Below are positions 28,240 to 37,384 of a DNA stretch of 64,000 nucleotides, one piece after another (the stretch's first letter is position 1; every line of letters starts with the position of its first letter). The notes below the pieces were generated by a model, which was not told the origin of the DNA, did not search any database, and was given only the letters and a program-made list of their open reading frames with translations. A program made the translations under genes and the position numbers. Source of the stretch: an uncultured Saprospiraceae bacterium (GTDB lineage: Bacteria > Bacteroidota > Bacteroidia > Chitinophagales > Saprospiraceae); NCBI GenBank assembly GCA_964441755.1, contig CAYTVG010000006.1, positions 173,100-237,099 of the forward strand. The letters are read 5' to 3'.

Positions 28240-31098
28240 CTACTCTTTATCTACATAAAAAGTTTCCTCTGCAGGCCGCAAAGCGCGCTTCATCCAGAGC
28301 GGCCGCCGCAGCCCATTGGGGCCCGGCGCCGGCCGCGCCATGGTCAGCCATTTTTTATACACCTCAAACGACTTATTGGTATCTACAAAAACATCCCCGT
28401 AGTTATCGCCGGCATGCGCCCGCTCCAGCCGCACCTTCTGGTGCCAGCAATGCATACCACTGATAGGATCGGGATGCACGGGGAAGGTAATATTCTGGTG
28501 CACACCCCCATCGCTCCAGAAGATACGCGCACTGTCGGGATCCGAGCTTTTAAACGGCTGAATATCCGCAATGGTACGCATGCGCCAGCCACCCTTGCCA
28601 TCGTTGTCGATCGCCACGGTGTTGACCGCCCAGCGGTTGCCCGGCACATCCTGCGGCCGTTTCCAGCGGCCGAGGTGATGCGAACAAGCAACAACCCCCG
28701 GCTTCATACCCTCTGTCACCCACACCTTGTCTACGAAGTAGCCAATCTCGGTATTTACCCGCAGCAGATCGCCGGTAGCGACCCCCAGGCGGCCTGCGTC
28801 GGAAGGATGTATCCAGATGGGATTCCGGTTGGAGATTTCATACAGCCATTTGGCATTGCCTGAACGGGAGTGAATGAGGGTCGGCAGGCGGAAGGTAGGC
28901 ACCAGCGGATACTCCCCCTTGTCGCGGTCCATCTCCTCTTCGTGGATATGGCTCTTGATATAGGTAGGAATTGCATACTCGGGCCACTTCCAGTCGACCA
29001 TTGTCTGCGAGTAGAATTCATTTTTGCGAGAAGGCGTAGGGAAGCCCACTACAGGCTTGCCGCCACTCATGATGCCCAGTGCCTTACCATTCTTGGAGAT
29101 CACCTGCGTGCGGGGATCCACCTCAGCCCCCTGCATCTGTTCAGGCGTCAGCGTCTGCAGGTGCAGGTTATAAGCACTCGGCTCTACGAGGTAGGCGCCG
29201 TATTTTTTCATATAATCCAGTGCCGACAGCCCCTCTTTAGCGGCCGTCTCCGGCAGGCCCTTGGTGTGCTCGAAGATGTACTGATAGTACTCATCGATAT
29301 TGATACACTCCCCGGGCCGGTAAGGCGACTCGAAATGCTTTCTGATGCCGAGGCTGCCATCGGGATCCATCCGCCAGCTGAGCTGAATCCAGAATTCGTC
29401 CTCTTCCCAGACTTCGCCCGGATTGGACTCGTAGGTAAACGTCACCGGCTTACCGGCGCGACGCATGGCCTCGCGCAGCACCGGCTGCCGGAAGGCGATC
29501 CACACACCCGCATGCGTTTCGTAGCTATTGAGATCGTGGCGTTCGCTGGCCAGCCCCATCGGCAGCACATAATCGGCAAAATAGGCCGTCTCATTCCAGG
29601 TAGGCGTCAGCGCGATGTGCTGGCCGAAGAGATTCTCATCACTCAGCGCCTCGATCCAGCTAAACCCATCGGGATAGGTCCACACAGGATTGAACACCCG
29701 CGTAAAGTACACATCCATTTTACCGCGCCCTTCTTTGAGCATGTGCGGCAGCAGGAAGCTCATCTCAAAATAGGCCAGCGGATACTCGAGCGGAAAGTGG
29801 AGCTCGTTCCAAAACTTTTGGGCAGGTGGCTGGTCAAAAAATTTGGGGTGGAACTTGTTCCAGGTGTTGGGAGAAGTCCCGCCGGGTGTGCCTACGCTGC
29901 CCGTGAGCACATTGAGAAAATGCAGGGTGCGGGCTACCGCCCAGCCCCCCAGGTTGCCGCTGCCCGCGCTGCGCCAGTTGTGGGTAGCCAGCTGCGTGCC
30001 CGCAGCAGCTACGATGCGCGCCACCTCAACAACCGTTTCCGCCTTGATACCACTCTCTTTCTCGGCATACTCCGGCGTATATTCCGCATATTCTTCCCGC
30101 ATACCCTCGATAAACGACTCAAAGGTAACCGGCGCCTCAGGCCGGCGAGCAGCCAGGTACTCCTGCCAGTTGACCCAGGTTTCGACATACTCGCGATTAT
30201 AGAGTCCCTCATCGAGAATCACCTTGGCCATGGCCAGCATCACCGCTGCCTCAGAGCCCGGATAGCTCGGCAGCCAATAATCGGCCATACTGGCCGTATT
30301 GCTAAGCCGCGGATCCATGACTATCAGCTTGGCACCCTTCATTTTGCCCTCGATGATGCGCTGCGCATGGGGGTTGAAGTAGTGGCCACTCTCGAGGTGC
30401 GCACTGATAAGGAAGATCACCTTGGCATTGGCATGGTCTGGTGAAGGACGATCGTGACCGTACCAGACAGCGTAGCCAAAGCGCGCCCCCGAAGAGCAAA
30501 TATTGGTATGGCTGTTGTGACCGTCGACATTCCAGGCCTGCAGCACGCGATCCATATAGCCCTCATGACCCGGCCGGCCCACGTGGTAAGCGATTTCATT
30601 GTTGCGCCCCTCTATGATAGCCTTCCGCAGGCGGCCGGCGATATCATCGAGCACCTCGTCCCAGCTCACGCGCTCCCATTGCCCTTCACCCCTTTTACCT
30701 GTGCGCTTGAGCGGGTACAGGATGCGGTCCGGATCCGTCAACTGGTTGATGGTTGCCGGCCCCTTGGCACAGTTGCGCCCACGGCTGCCCGGGTGGTAAG
30801 GATTGCCCTCAAACTTGCGCACCTCCCAGCTTTCCTTATCGATATAAGCGGTGAGGCCGCAGGCACTTTCACAGTTGAAGCAAGTCGTAGGCACGATGCT
30901 GTAGTGCTTTTTCTCACGACGAGGCCAGGACTTGGCCTCGTATTCGACCCAGTCGTCCCACTTTTCCGGTGGCGGAAACTTGCTCAGCTCGGGACCGTCG
31001 TTCATGCGGTCGAGCGGTGCCTCTTCCTCCTTGTGCAGGTTGGGGATGAGGCCTATTTTTTCAGCTATGCGCTCGATTAACGTGTGTTTGCGTGTCAT
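28240..31098 (-). CDS. Molybdopterin (Mo/W-bisPGD) oxidoreductase catalytic subunit, DMSO-reductase superfamily, no Tat signal
   Basis: 952 aa; FS0 cluster motif CFNCESACGL...NCAKG about 70 aa from the N-terminus. The hydrophilic N-terminus MTRKHTLIERIAEKIG has no RRxFLK motif or h-region. An in-frame TGA at 31105-31107 excludes any N-terminal extension. Confidence 0.9.
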   Translation of the reverse strand: MTRKHTLIERIAEKIGLIPNLHKEEEAPLDRMNDGPELSKFPPPEKWDDWVEYEAKSWPRREKKHYSIVPTTCFNCESACGLTAYIDKESWEVRKFEGNPYHPGSRGRNCAKGPATINQLTDPDRILYPLKRTGKRGEGQWERVSWDEVLDDIAGRLRKAIIEGRNNEIAYHVGRPGHEGYMDRVLQAWNVDGHNSHTNICSSGARFGYAVWYGHDRPSPDHANAKVIFLISAHLESGHYFNPHAQRIIEGKMKGAKLIVMDPRLSNTASMADYWLPSYPGSEAAVMLAMAKVILDEGLYNREYVETWVNWQEYLAARRPEAPVTFESFIEGMREEYAEYTPEYAEKESGIKAETVVEVARIVAAAGTQLATHNWRSAGSGNLGGWAVARTLHFLNVLTGSVGTPGGTSPNTWNKFHPKFFDQPPAQKFWNELHFPLEYPLAYFEMSFLLPHMLKEGRGKMDVYFTRVFNPVWTYPDGFSWIEALSDENLFGQHIALTPTWNETAYFADYVLPMGLASERHDLNSYETHAGVWIAFRQPVLREAMRRAGKPVTFTYESNPGEVWEEDEFWIQLSWRMDPDGSLGIRKHFESPYRPGECINIDEYYQYIFEHTKGLPETAAKEGLSALDYMKKYGAYLVEPSAYNLHLQTLTPEQMQGAEVDPRTQVISKNGKALGIMSGGKPVVGFPTPSRKNEFYSQTMVDWKWPEYAIPTYIKSHIHEEEMDRDKGEYPLVPTFRLPTLIHSRSGNAKWLYEISNRNPIWIHPSDAGRLGVATGDLLRVNTEIGYFVDKVWVTEGMKPGVVACSHHLGRWKRPQDVPGNRWAVNTVAIDNDGKGGWRMRTIADIQPFKSSDPDSARIFWSDGGVHQNITFPVHPDPISGMHCWHQKVRLERAHAGDNYGDVFVDTNKSFEVYKKWLTMARPAPGPNGLRRPLWMKRALRPAEETFYVDKE

Positions 31099-31287
31099 AA
31101 TTTTTCAGATTTAGGAAGCCGTCTCTGTTTTTGGGCGGCTAAGAGCGCCAAAGCGCGTCCTGAAGCCTACCTTTCGCCGCCGTCAGCGGCAAAATACGCT
31201 TGAGACAGTTTCTTTTCACAAAAGCAAGCCTGCCCTTGAGGGCCTGTCCGGGATTTTTGCCGGAGGCAAAAAATCCCGCCTGCACCC

Positions 31288-32919
31288 TTAAGCCAGCGAA
31301 ATACGCTGTGGCGCCTCCACCCATATTTTTTCCGTGATATAAATACCTGCCAGTACCGCTACGCTGGCCAGTGCCAAAGCAGCCGGATTATCAGGCAGTA
31401 CGACGATCAAAAACAGCGGCAGGAAGTTGCCCAGCATAAGAGAACCCCAGCGGAAAAGCGAGCGATAGCGTCCCTTCAGAATCATGCTCACCACTGCTTT
31501 GGCATCCTCTGTAGGATGAGAGACAGCCAGTTCTACCCACAAAATCACCAGGTTGCCCAGCAAAGACACCAGGAGGAAGAGCTTAAGGAAATTCGTCCAG
31601 TTGGCACCATTGTCCGTGAAGAGCGCGACCAGCATAAAAGCAGCCGAACCCGCCATAAAGCTATGAATAAGCATGTGGAGCACCAGCAGCGGACTTTGCC
31701 AGAAGTCGCGCCCCTTGGCCTGCGCAAACAGGAAGGCTGTATAAATAGCCGTCAGCACCGCTACGACCGCCGTCAGCCCGTAAATACCCCCCATCACCAG
31801 CTCACTGCCCCAGTCCATAAACCGGAGTACGCCCAGCAAGGTCAGCAGGCCGCCATAGACCGTGATGATATAGCCACCCCTGGCCAGCCACGAATTAAAA
31901 TTGGGCCGTAGCAGTACATACAAAAAGCGGTCGGGGCGATCGAGATCCTTGACCAAAAATCCACCGGTGAGCCCCAGGAAGATAAGCCCCATGGAGAGCG
32001 CCCACCAGGCTGTCTGCCCGCTCAACTCAGCCAGTCCGAGACCCACAGCAATGAAAGGCGTCAGGAAAGCTCCTGCGGACACGGATTTGGCCAATACGTA
32101 AGCCGGCACTTCCCAGCCCCAAAGTAAGCCCTTGTTGGGCGCGTCATACACCCGACGAGCCTTACCCAGCATGAGATCAATCGACTTGGCAGGCCCCTGC
32201 TGTGCCACCTCGCCCGCTGTTGCCTGCTGCTGATTGGCTGCCAGCAGTGTCTGCAGCACATCCCCATTGCTGAAAGCCAGCTTTTCTGCCGCCTTGGCAA
32301 AATGGCCAACGCCCCGCGTCTGGCTGCTCCAGAAATAGTCATCACTGCGCTCCGTAGCCGTAGGATTGAGCGAAGCCTCGTCGCCGTTGATGTAAAAAAG
32401 ATTCGGCTGAGTACCTTTCGATGCTTTGCGGACGCTCACCTGCTCCCGTCCCAGCAGTCGGCTGATCTCCGACTCGGGATCGTCCATATCTCCCGAAATA
32501 ATTGCGTGCTCGGGACAGACGTTCACGCAGGCAGGCTCCAGCCCCAGATCGATGCGGTGCGCACAATAATTGCACTTGGCAGCCGTGTGATTCTCCGGAT
32601 CGATGTAGAGCGCATCGTAAGGACAAGCCTGCATGCAGGACTTACAGCCGATACAGCGATTCTTATCGAAATCGACAATGCCGTCTTCCCGAAAAAACAG
32701 CGCCTCCACCGGACAGATCTCCACGCAGGGCGCATCTGTACAATGGTTGCAGCGCATTACCGAAAAAAGCCGCCGCGTATGCGGGAATTCCCCTTTTTCA
32801 ACCTGCTTTACCCAGGTTCTGTTGACCCCCACCGGCACCAAGTGTTCCGATTTGCAGGCCGTCGTGCAGGCATGGCAGCCTATGCATTTCCTGTTGTCAA
32901 TGATAAATCCGTATTTCAT
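31288..32919 (-). CDS. Fusion protein: 4x[4Fe-4S] ferredoxin subunit (PsrB/DmsB-like) plus NrfD/PsrC-like 8-TM membrane anchor
   Basis: N-terminal MKYGFIIDNRKCIGCHACTTACK, CNHCTDAPCVEICP, CIGCKSCMQACP, CNYCAHR...CVNVCP. The C-terminal ~300 aa contain about 8 hydrophobic helices. The start could also be 32937. Confidence 0.85.
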   Translation of the reverse strand: MKYGFIIDNRKCIGCHACTTACKSEHLVPVGVNRTWVKQVEKGEFPHTRRLFSVMRCNHCTDAPCVEICPVEALFFREDGIVDFDKNRCIGCKSCMQACPYDALYIDPENHTAAKCNYCAHRIDLGLEPACVNVCPEHAIISGDMDDPESEISRLLGREQVSVRKASKGTQPNLFYINGDEASLNPTATERSDDYFWSSQTRGVGHFAKAAEKLAFSNGDVLQTLLAANQQQATAGEVAQQGPAKSIDLMLGKARRVYDAPNKGLLWGWEVPAYVLAKSVSAGAFLTPFIAVGLGLAELSGQTAWWALSMGLIFLGLTGGFLVKDLDRPDRFLYVLLRPNFNSWLARGGYIITVYGGLLTLLGVLRFMDWGSELVMGGIYGLTAVVAVLTAIYTAFLFAQAKGRDFWQSPLLVLHMLIHSFMAGSAAFMLVALFTDNGANWTNFLKLFLLVSLLGNLVILWVELAVSHPTEDAKAVVSMILKGRYRSLFRWGSLMLGNFLPLFLIVVLPDNPAALALASVAVLAGIYITEKIWVEAPQRISLA

Positions 32920-33087
32920 ACCTTGTTTTCTAGCCAAAGATTACGCTGCTATTGATCTTTCAAAAATATGAACAAATTTTCATTGATCTAATTTTTCGGT
33001 AAAAAATTTTGTATTTTTTATTTTTTGCACAAAAAAATTCTAAATATCCTATAATCTATATCACATTGATAGGATTTTAAAAAAAAC

Positions 33088-33178
33088 GGCCATTCGTCCG
33101 GCTGGCAGCTGCCAGCCGGACGAATGGCCTGCAAACAAGAAGCCGCTTTGGATTTTTTACAAAACCCAAAGCGGCTTC
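33088..33178 (-). terminator. Bipartite hairpin module: a 42-bp perfect palindrome (33088-33129) plus a 13-bp-stem hairpin (33139-33178)
   Basis: GGCCATTCGTCCGGCTGGCAG/CTGCCAGCCGGACGAATGGCC is perfectly self-complementary. GAAGCCGCTTTGG...CCAAAGCGGCTTC follows. Lies just downstream of the stop of the 33201-34010 gene (minus strand). Confidence 0.5.
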
Positions 33179-33200
33179 CCGGGTATGCTGAAACAGCCCC

Positions 33201-34010
33201 CTAGCTGCGCGAGCGGCTCTCCGCCAAATCAATCTTGCGCACCCACTCCATATCGGTGACGCGATCGCAGTCTTCACAATAGTTGTTGATTGCATGGCCG
33301 CTCCAGGTGTAGATAAGCTGATCGGCGGTATACATCTGCCCCGGCAGATCGTAGGCAAAGGAGGACTCCTGCCGCGCATTTTCCCAGTAATGAATACCGT
33401 GGCGGCGCTCGTATTCAATAGCCCGGCTCACCTTATGGCCGCGGTCGGGCAAGCGCGCCAGGTAGTGGCGGCTGTAGATGGTATGGACGAACATCCAGAG
33501 TGAAGACTCGAAGTTGGTAAACTGTACATAGCCTTCGGGGCGGTAGGTATCTACATCGAACGTATAACAAAAGGCGAAAGAGCTACAGACCCATTCCTTG
33601 CCCGCCCGCCGGATACCAAAATAATTAAAGGTGCGGTTGCACAAAAATGAGGCGCCCCAGTAAGACTCCCGCGCACCCTTGCTCATCAGCGCCTTCCAGT
33701 CGGCCAGGTATTTGCGGCCATAGAATTTGAACAGTTCGTGGGTATCCTGGTAAAAGGCATTCTGTATGGCAATAAGCCAGCGCTCTTCTACCTCCGTGCG
33801 GTTGTAGTTGCTGATGAAATATCGACGCGTCTCGGGTATATAGCCCACCAGATGCCCCTGGGCCGAGCGGCTCATCTGCAAAAGCACTTCCTGCACCTTT
33901 TCGGTTGGTGGCAAGGGCGGAAGCAAGGCAGTTGTACCCCCTTTGGATACTTCTGCAGGCAACAGACATACGACCAGCAACAGGAGCTGCGGCAACCAAA
34001 ATTTTCTCAT
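33201..34010 (-). CDS. Secreted hypothetical protein (family not recognised)
   Basis: 269-aa ORF with signal peptide MRKFWLPQLLLLVVCLLPAEV. Confidence 0.55.
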   Translation of the reverse strand: MRKFWLPQLLLLVVCLLPAEVSKGGTTALLPPLPPTEKVQEVLLQMSRSAQGHLVGYIPETRRYFISNYNRTEVEERWLIAIQNAFYQDTHELFKFYGRKYLADWKALMSKGARESYWGASFLCNRTFNYFGIRRAGKEWVCSSFAFCYTFDVDTYRPEGYVQFTNFESSLWMFVHTIYSRHYLARLPDRGHKVSRAIEYERRHGIHYWENARQESSFAYDLPGQMYTADQLIYTWSGHAINNYCEDCDRVTDMEWVRKIDLAESRSRS

Positions 34011-34383
34011 GCTATAACGGACTTGTAATAGGTATCACCTGTTTAAGGCGCGTTCGGGATTTGCTCCCCATACCCAAAGTAACTCTTTTCCCACAGGTTT
34101 TGCCTTTTTCAGTCCCATAGCACCGGAAAACATGAAAACCCGCGGCAAAGTAGCTTCTCTTTTGCTGCCGGCGGCAAATCCCGAACAGGCTCTAAAATTA
34201 AGCCTAATCACCCAAACAGACAAACCCGATATTCGTACAAACTTTTGTATTTCTTTCTGTAATATTTTCGAACAATACATCTGGTCTTTTGTTGAGATGT
34301 ACTTATTTTGTCGTTTGTTTTACACATTGACGACATTTAATAATCCGTTTACTCAATATTTTTTTTCATCTAAACTATCAATA

Positions 34384-37212
34384 ATGAAAGAAGCTTACAT
34401 AAAACACACAGCTTTGGTGCTACTGCTGCTCTGTTTTGTCCTGCCTTCCTTTGCGCAGAAGACCATCAGCGGCCGCGTGACAGATGCCGGCACCGGCGAA
34501 GCCCTCATTGGTGCAAGTGTACAGGCCAAGGGCAGCAATAGCGGTACGGTGACGGACATCGACGGGCGCTACAGCCTGAGCGTTGACAACGGCGCCAGTA
34601 TGCTCCTCTTCTCTTTCATCGGCTACAAATCGCAGGAAGTGAGCATTGACGGGCGCAGCAGCATCGATGTCAGCCTGTCTGAAGGGGTAGAAATTGACCT
34701 CGTCACGGTCATCGGTTCGCGCAACGCCACGCGCACCAAGCTGGAGACGGCTGTGCCGGTCGACGTAATTCCGCTGTCGACCATTGTCTCGGAGATTGGC
34801 CAGGTGGATATCAACCAGATTCTGACTTATGTAGCGCCTTCCTTCCAGTCGGCGCGGCAGACCATCTCCGACGGTACCGACCACGTAGATCCGGGACAGT
34901 TGCGCGGCCTCGGGCCCGACCAGCTGCTGGTGCTGGTCAACGGCAAGCGCCGCCATCAGTCGGCCCTGGTCAACGTCAACGGTACGGTCAACCGGGGTAC
35001 TGTGGGCGTAGACTTGGGAGCCATTCCTGCGACGGCCATTGACCGCATAGAGATTCTGCGCGACGGTGCGGCTGCGCAGTACGGCTCGGACGCCATCGCG
35101 GGGGTTGTCAACATCGTGCTCAAGCAGCAAACGGGCGTGCTGGGCGGATCTGTTGCTTACGGGCTCAACAACACTTCTTTTGACAAAAACTATGCCCTCT
35201 TCAGGTTGCAGGGCAAGGACGATGATCCTTCCGTGCGGGTTACTGACGGGCAGACGCTGCAGGCTGGTCTTTCTTATGGCTTTAACCTGGGTGGCAAGGG
35301 CTATCTGACGGTTTCGGGTGAGTATACCGATCGCGAGCCCACTTTCCGCTCCGGTACTTACACAGGTCAGATTTATCCTGCTGTTGGCGGACAGGTGCGG
35401 GACGATTCTATCCTCACTGCCCGGGGGCTCACACGTGAAGATTTTGATATGCGCATAGGCCAGTCGAAGCTCACCAGCGCCGGCCTGTTCATCAATGGAG
35501 AGTACGCCCTGAACAACAACTGGGATGTATACCTTTTCAGTGGTTACAACAGCAAGCAGGGGGAAGCTGCCGGTTTTTACCGCTATCCCAATGCGATTGC
35601 CAGCGGTGCCCGCGCCTTTGCACCCAATGTGCTGAGCGTTTATCCGGAGGGCTTTTTGCCGCTCATCCAGAGTGATGTTACAGATATGAGTATAGCGGCC
35701 GGTCTGCGCGGCAAGCTGGGTGAGTGGTCACTCGACCTGAGCAACACCTACGGCAGCAACGGCTTTGGTTTCACCGTTGACAACTCAGTCAACTACACCC
35801 AGGCGGCAGTAAGTCCCAACAACCTGCAGACTACCTTTGATGCAGGTACGCTCTACTTCCGCCAGAATACCGTCAACCTCGATCTGGCACGCAAGTACGA
35901 TGTACTGGCGGGGCTCAACGTAGCAGTCGGCAGCGAGTATCGTACCGAGCAGTTTGAGGTGGTTGCAGGAGAAGAATCTTCCTGGAGAAATTTCGACCAG
36001 GCTTCAGGTGCCACACCTGCTGCGCAGGTATTCCCCGGCTTTTTGCCTGCAAACGAAGGTGTTAATGAGCGCAACAGTATAGGTGCTTACCTTGACCTGG
36101 AACAGGATTTCAACGAGCATTTCATGCTCGCCGGTGCGCTGCGCTTCGAAAATTATTCGGACTTCGGCAGCACACTCAACTACAAGCTTGCCGGTCGCTA
36201 CAAGTTTAGCAACGCGCTCTCCATCCGGGCTTCTACCAGCACAGGCTTCCGGGCGCCCTCTATGCAGCAGCGTTTTTATGCTAAGACCAATACCTTGTTT
36301 GTGACCATCAATGGCGTGCTGACGCCGGTGGAGAGCGGTACTTTCACCAACGACTCGGAGCCGGCCCGCATCCTGGGCATTCCGCAGCTCAAGCAGGAGA
36401 CCTCGCAGAGTTATACCCTGGGTATCACTTCGCGCCCGGCAGACGGCCTCGAAATTTCTGTTGACGCCTACCGCATCAATATAAACGACCGCATCGTACT
36501 GACCAACAACTTCACCGACGGTGGCAATGCTGATTTGCGTGCACAGCTGGAGGCCGCCGGCGCCAGCCAGGCCAACTTCTTTGCCAATGCAGTAAACACC
36601 TCGGCCAGCGGTATTGAGGCGGTCATCTCGTACGATTTCAAAGTTGCGCAGAAGCATTCCTTCCGCACTACCCTAGCGGGCTCTTTCATCAAGAACGAAG
36701 TAGAGAAGGACGATGAGGGCAACCCCATCATCAACGCATCTGACATCCTTGTACAGACAGGTCAGGTAGGTCGCTACTTCAACCGTGAGGACCAGAGCCG
36801 CTTTGAGGTAGCTGTCCCGCGGGAGAAAATCAATATGACGGTCAACTACAAGGTCGGTAAGTTTTCGGCTATGGTGCGAGGCGTACATTTCGGACAGGTA
36901 GTATACCTCGATCCGACGATGAACCCTGCCAACCCCGGAGCTTTCCCGGTCAACGCTTTCACGGGCAACCGGGAGACGCTTGACCAGACGTTTGCTTCCA
37001 AGGTGATCTTCGATGCTTCTGTCAGCTACCAGATAGCCCGCGGCCTCACGTTTACCGTCGGCGGCAACAACATTTTCGATACTTACCAGGACGTACACAC
37101 CCATTCGGGCAACCAGAGTCTGGGTCGCTTCGTGTACAGCCGCCGCGTGCAGCAGTTTGGCTTCAACGGCGCTTACTGGTTTGCGCGTGTCAAGTTTGAC
37201 CTGAAGCCGTAA
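34384..37212 (+). CDS. TonB-dependent receptor with N-terminal CarboxypepD_reg domain
   Basis: MKEAYIKHTALVLLLLCFVLPSFAQ signal, ISGRVTDAGTGEALIGASVQ, plug motifs (IEILRDGAAAQYGSDAIAGVVNIVLK), long beta-barrel. The ATG at 34384 is preferred over the track start at 34132. No SusD-like partner downstream. Confidence 0.9.
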   Translation: MKEAYIKHTALVLLLLCFVLPSFAQKTISGRVTDAGTGEALIGASVQAKGSNSGTVTDIDGRYSLSVDNGASMLLFSFIGYKSQEVSIDGRSSIDVSLSEGVEIDLVTVIGSRNATRTKLETAVPVDVIPLSTIVSEIGQVDINQILTYVAPSFQSARQTISDGTDHVDPGQLRGLGPDQLLVLVNGKRRHQSALVNVNGTVNRGTVGVDLGAIPATAIDRIEILRDGAAAQYGSDAIAGVVNIVLKQQTGVLGGSVAYGLNNTSFDKNYALFRLQGKDDDPSVRVTDGQTLQAGLSYGFNLGGKGYLTVSGEYTDREPTFRSGTYTGQIYPAVGGQVRDDSILTARGLTREDFDMRIGQSKLTSAGLFINGEYALNNNWDVYLFSGYNSKQGEAAGFYRYPNAIASGARAFAPNVLSVYPEGFLPLIQSDVTDMSIAAGLRGKLGEWSLDLSNTYGSNGFGFTVDNSVNYTQAAVSPNNLQTTFDAGTLYFRQNTVNLDLARKYDVLAGLNVAVGSEYRTEQFEVVAGEESSWRNFDQASGATPAAQVFPGFLPANEGVNERNSIGAYLDLEQDFNEHFMLAGALRFENYSDFGSTLNYKLAGRYKFSNALSIRASTSTGFRAPSMQQRFYAKTNTLFVTINGVLTPVESGTFTNDSEPARILGIPQLKQETSQSYTLGITSRPADGLEISVDAYRININDRIVLTNNFTDGGNADLRAQLEAAGASQANFFANAVNTSASGIEAVISYDFKVAQKHSFRTTLAGSFIKNEVEKDDEGNPIINASDILVQTGQVGRYFNREDQSRFEVAVPREKINMTVNYKVGKFSAMVRGVHFGQVVYLDPTMNPANPGAFPVNAFTGNRETLDQTFASKVIFDASVSYQIARGLTFTVGGNNIFDTYQDVHTHSGNQSLGRFVYSRRVQQFGFNGAYWFARVKFDLKP

Positions 37213-37240
37213 GCTGGCTTATACAGGTCAAAGCTGTCTG

Positions 37241-37285
37241 AAAAAGCTCCCTGGCGGTCAATGCCGCCAGGGAGCTTTTTTTTTG
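37241..37285 (+). terminator. Rho-independent terminator after the TonB-dependent receptor gene
   Basis: Perfect 17-bp stem AAAAAGCTCCCTGGCGG / CCGCCAGGGAGCTTTTT followed by TTTT. A second 13-bp-stem hairpin lies at 37290-37320. Confidence 0.8.
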
Positions 37286-37384
37286 TAAAAGTATTTCGCC
37301 GCCGGCCGCGGCGAAATACTTCCCCTACTGCCGTCGCTTTTTCCCCAATAATACAGATATTGCAGCAAATCATTTCAAGCAGAC

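Noticed and set aside
28870-30444. 524-aa plus-strand ORF (also 28156-28863 and 30454-31080)
   Set aside because: These are antisense to the 952-aa Mo-oxidoreductase gene, and their low-complexity Arg/His/Leu-rich translations show no motifs.
28240-32937. Alternative complex III (ActB/ActC) interpretation of the Mo-oxidoreductase pair
   Set aside because: ActB fuses the Mo-like and FeS domains and carries a Tat signal, and ACIII operons include cytochrome c subunits. Here the fusion is FeS plus NrfD, there is no Tat signal and no cytochrome genes are present.
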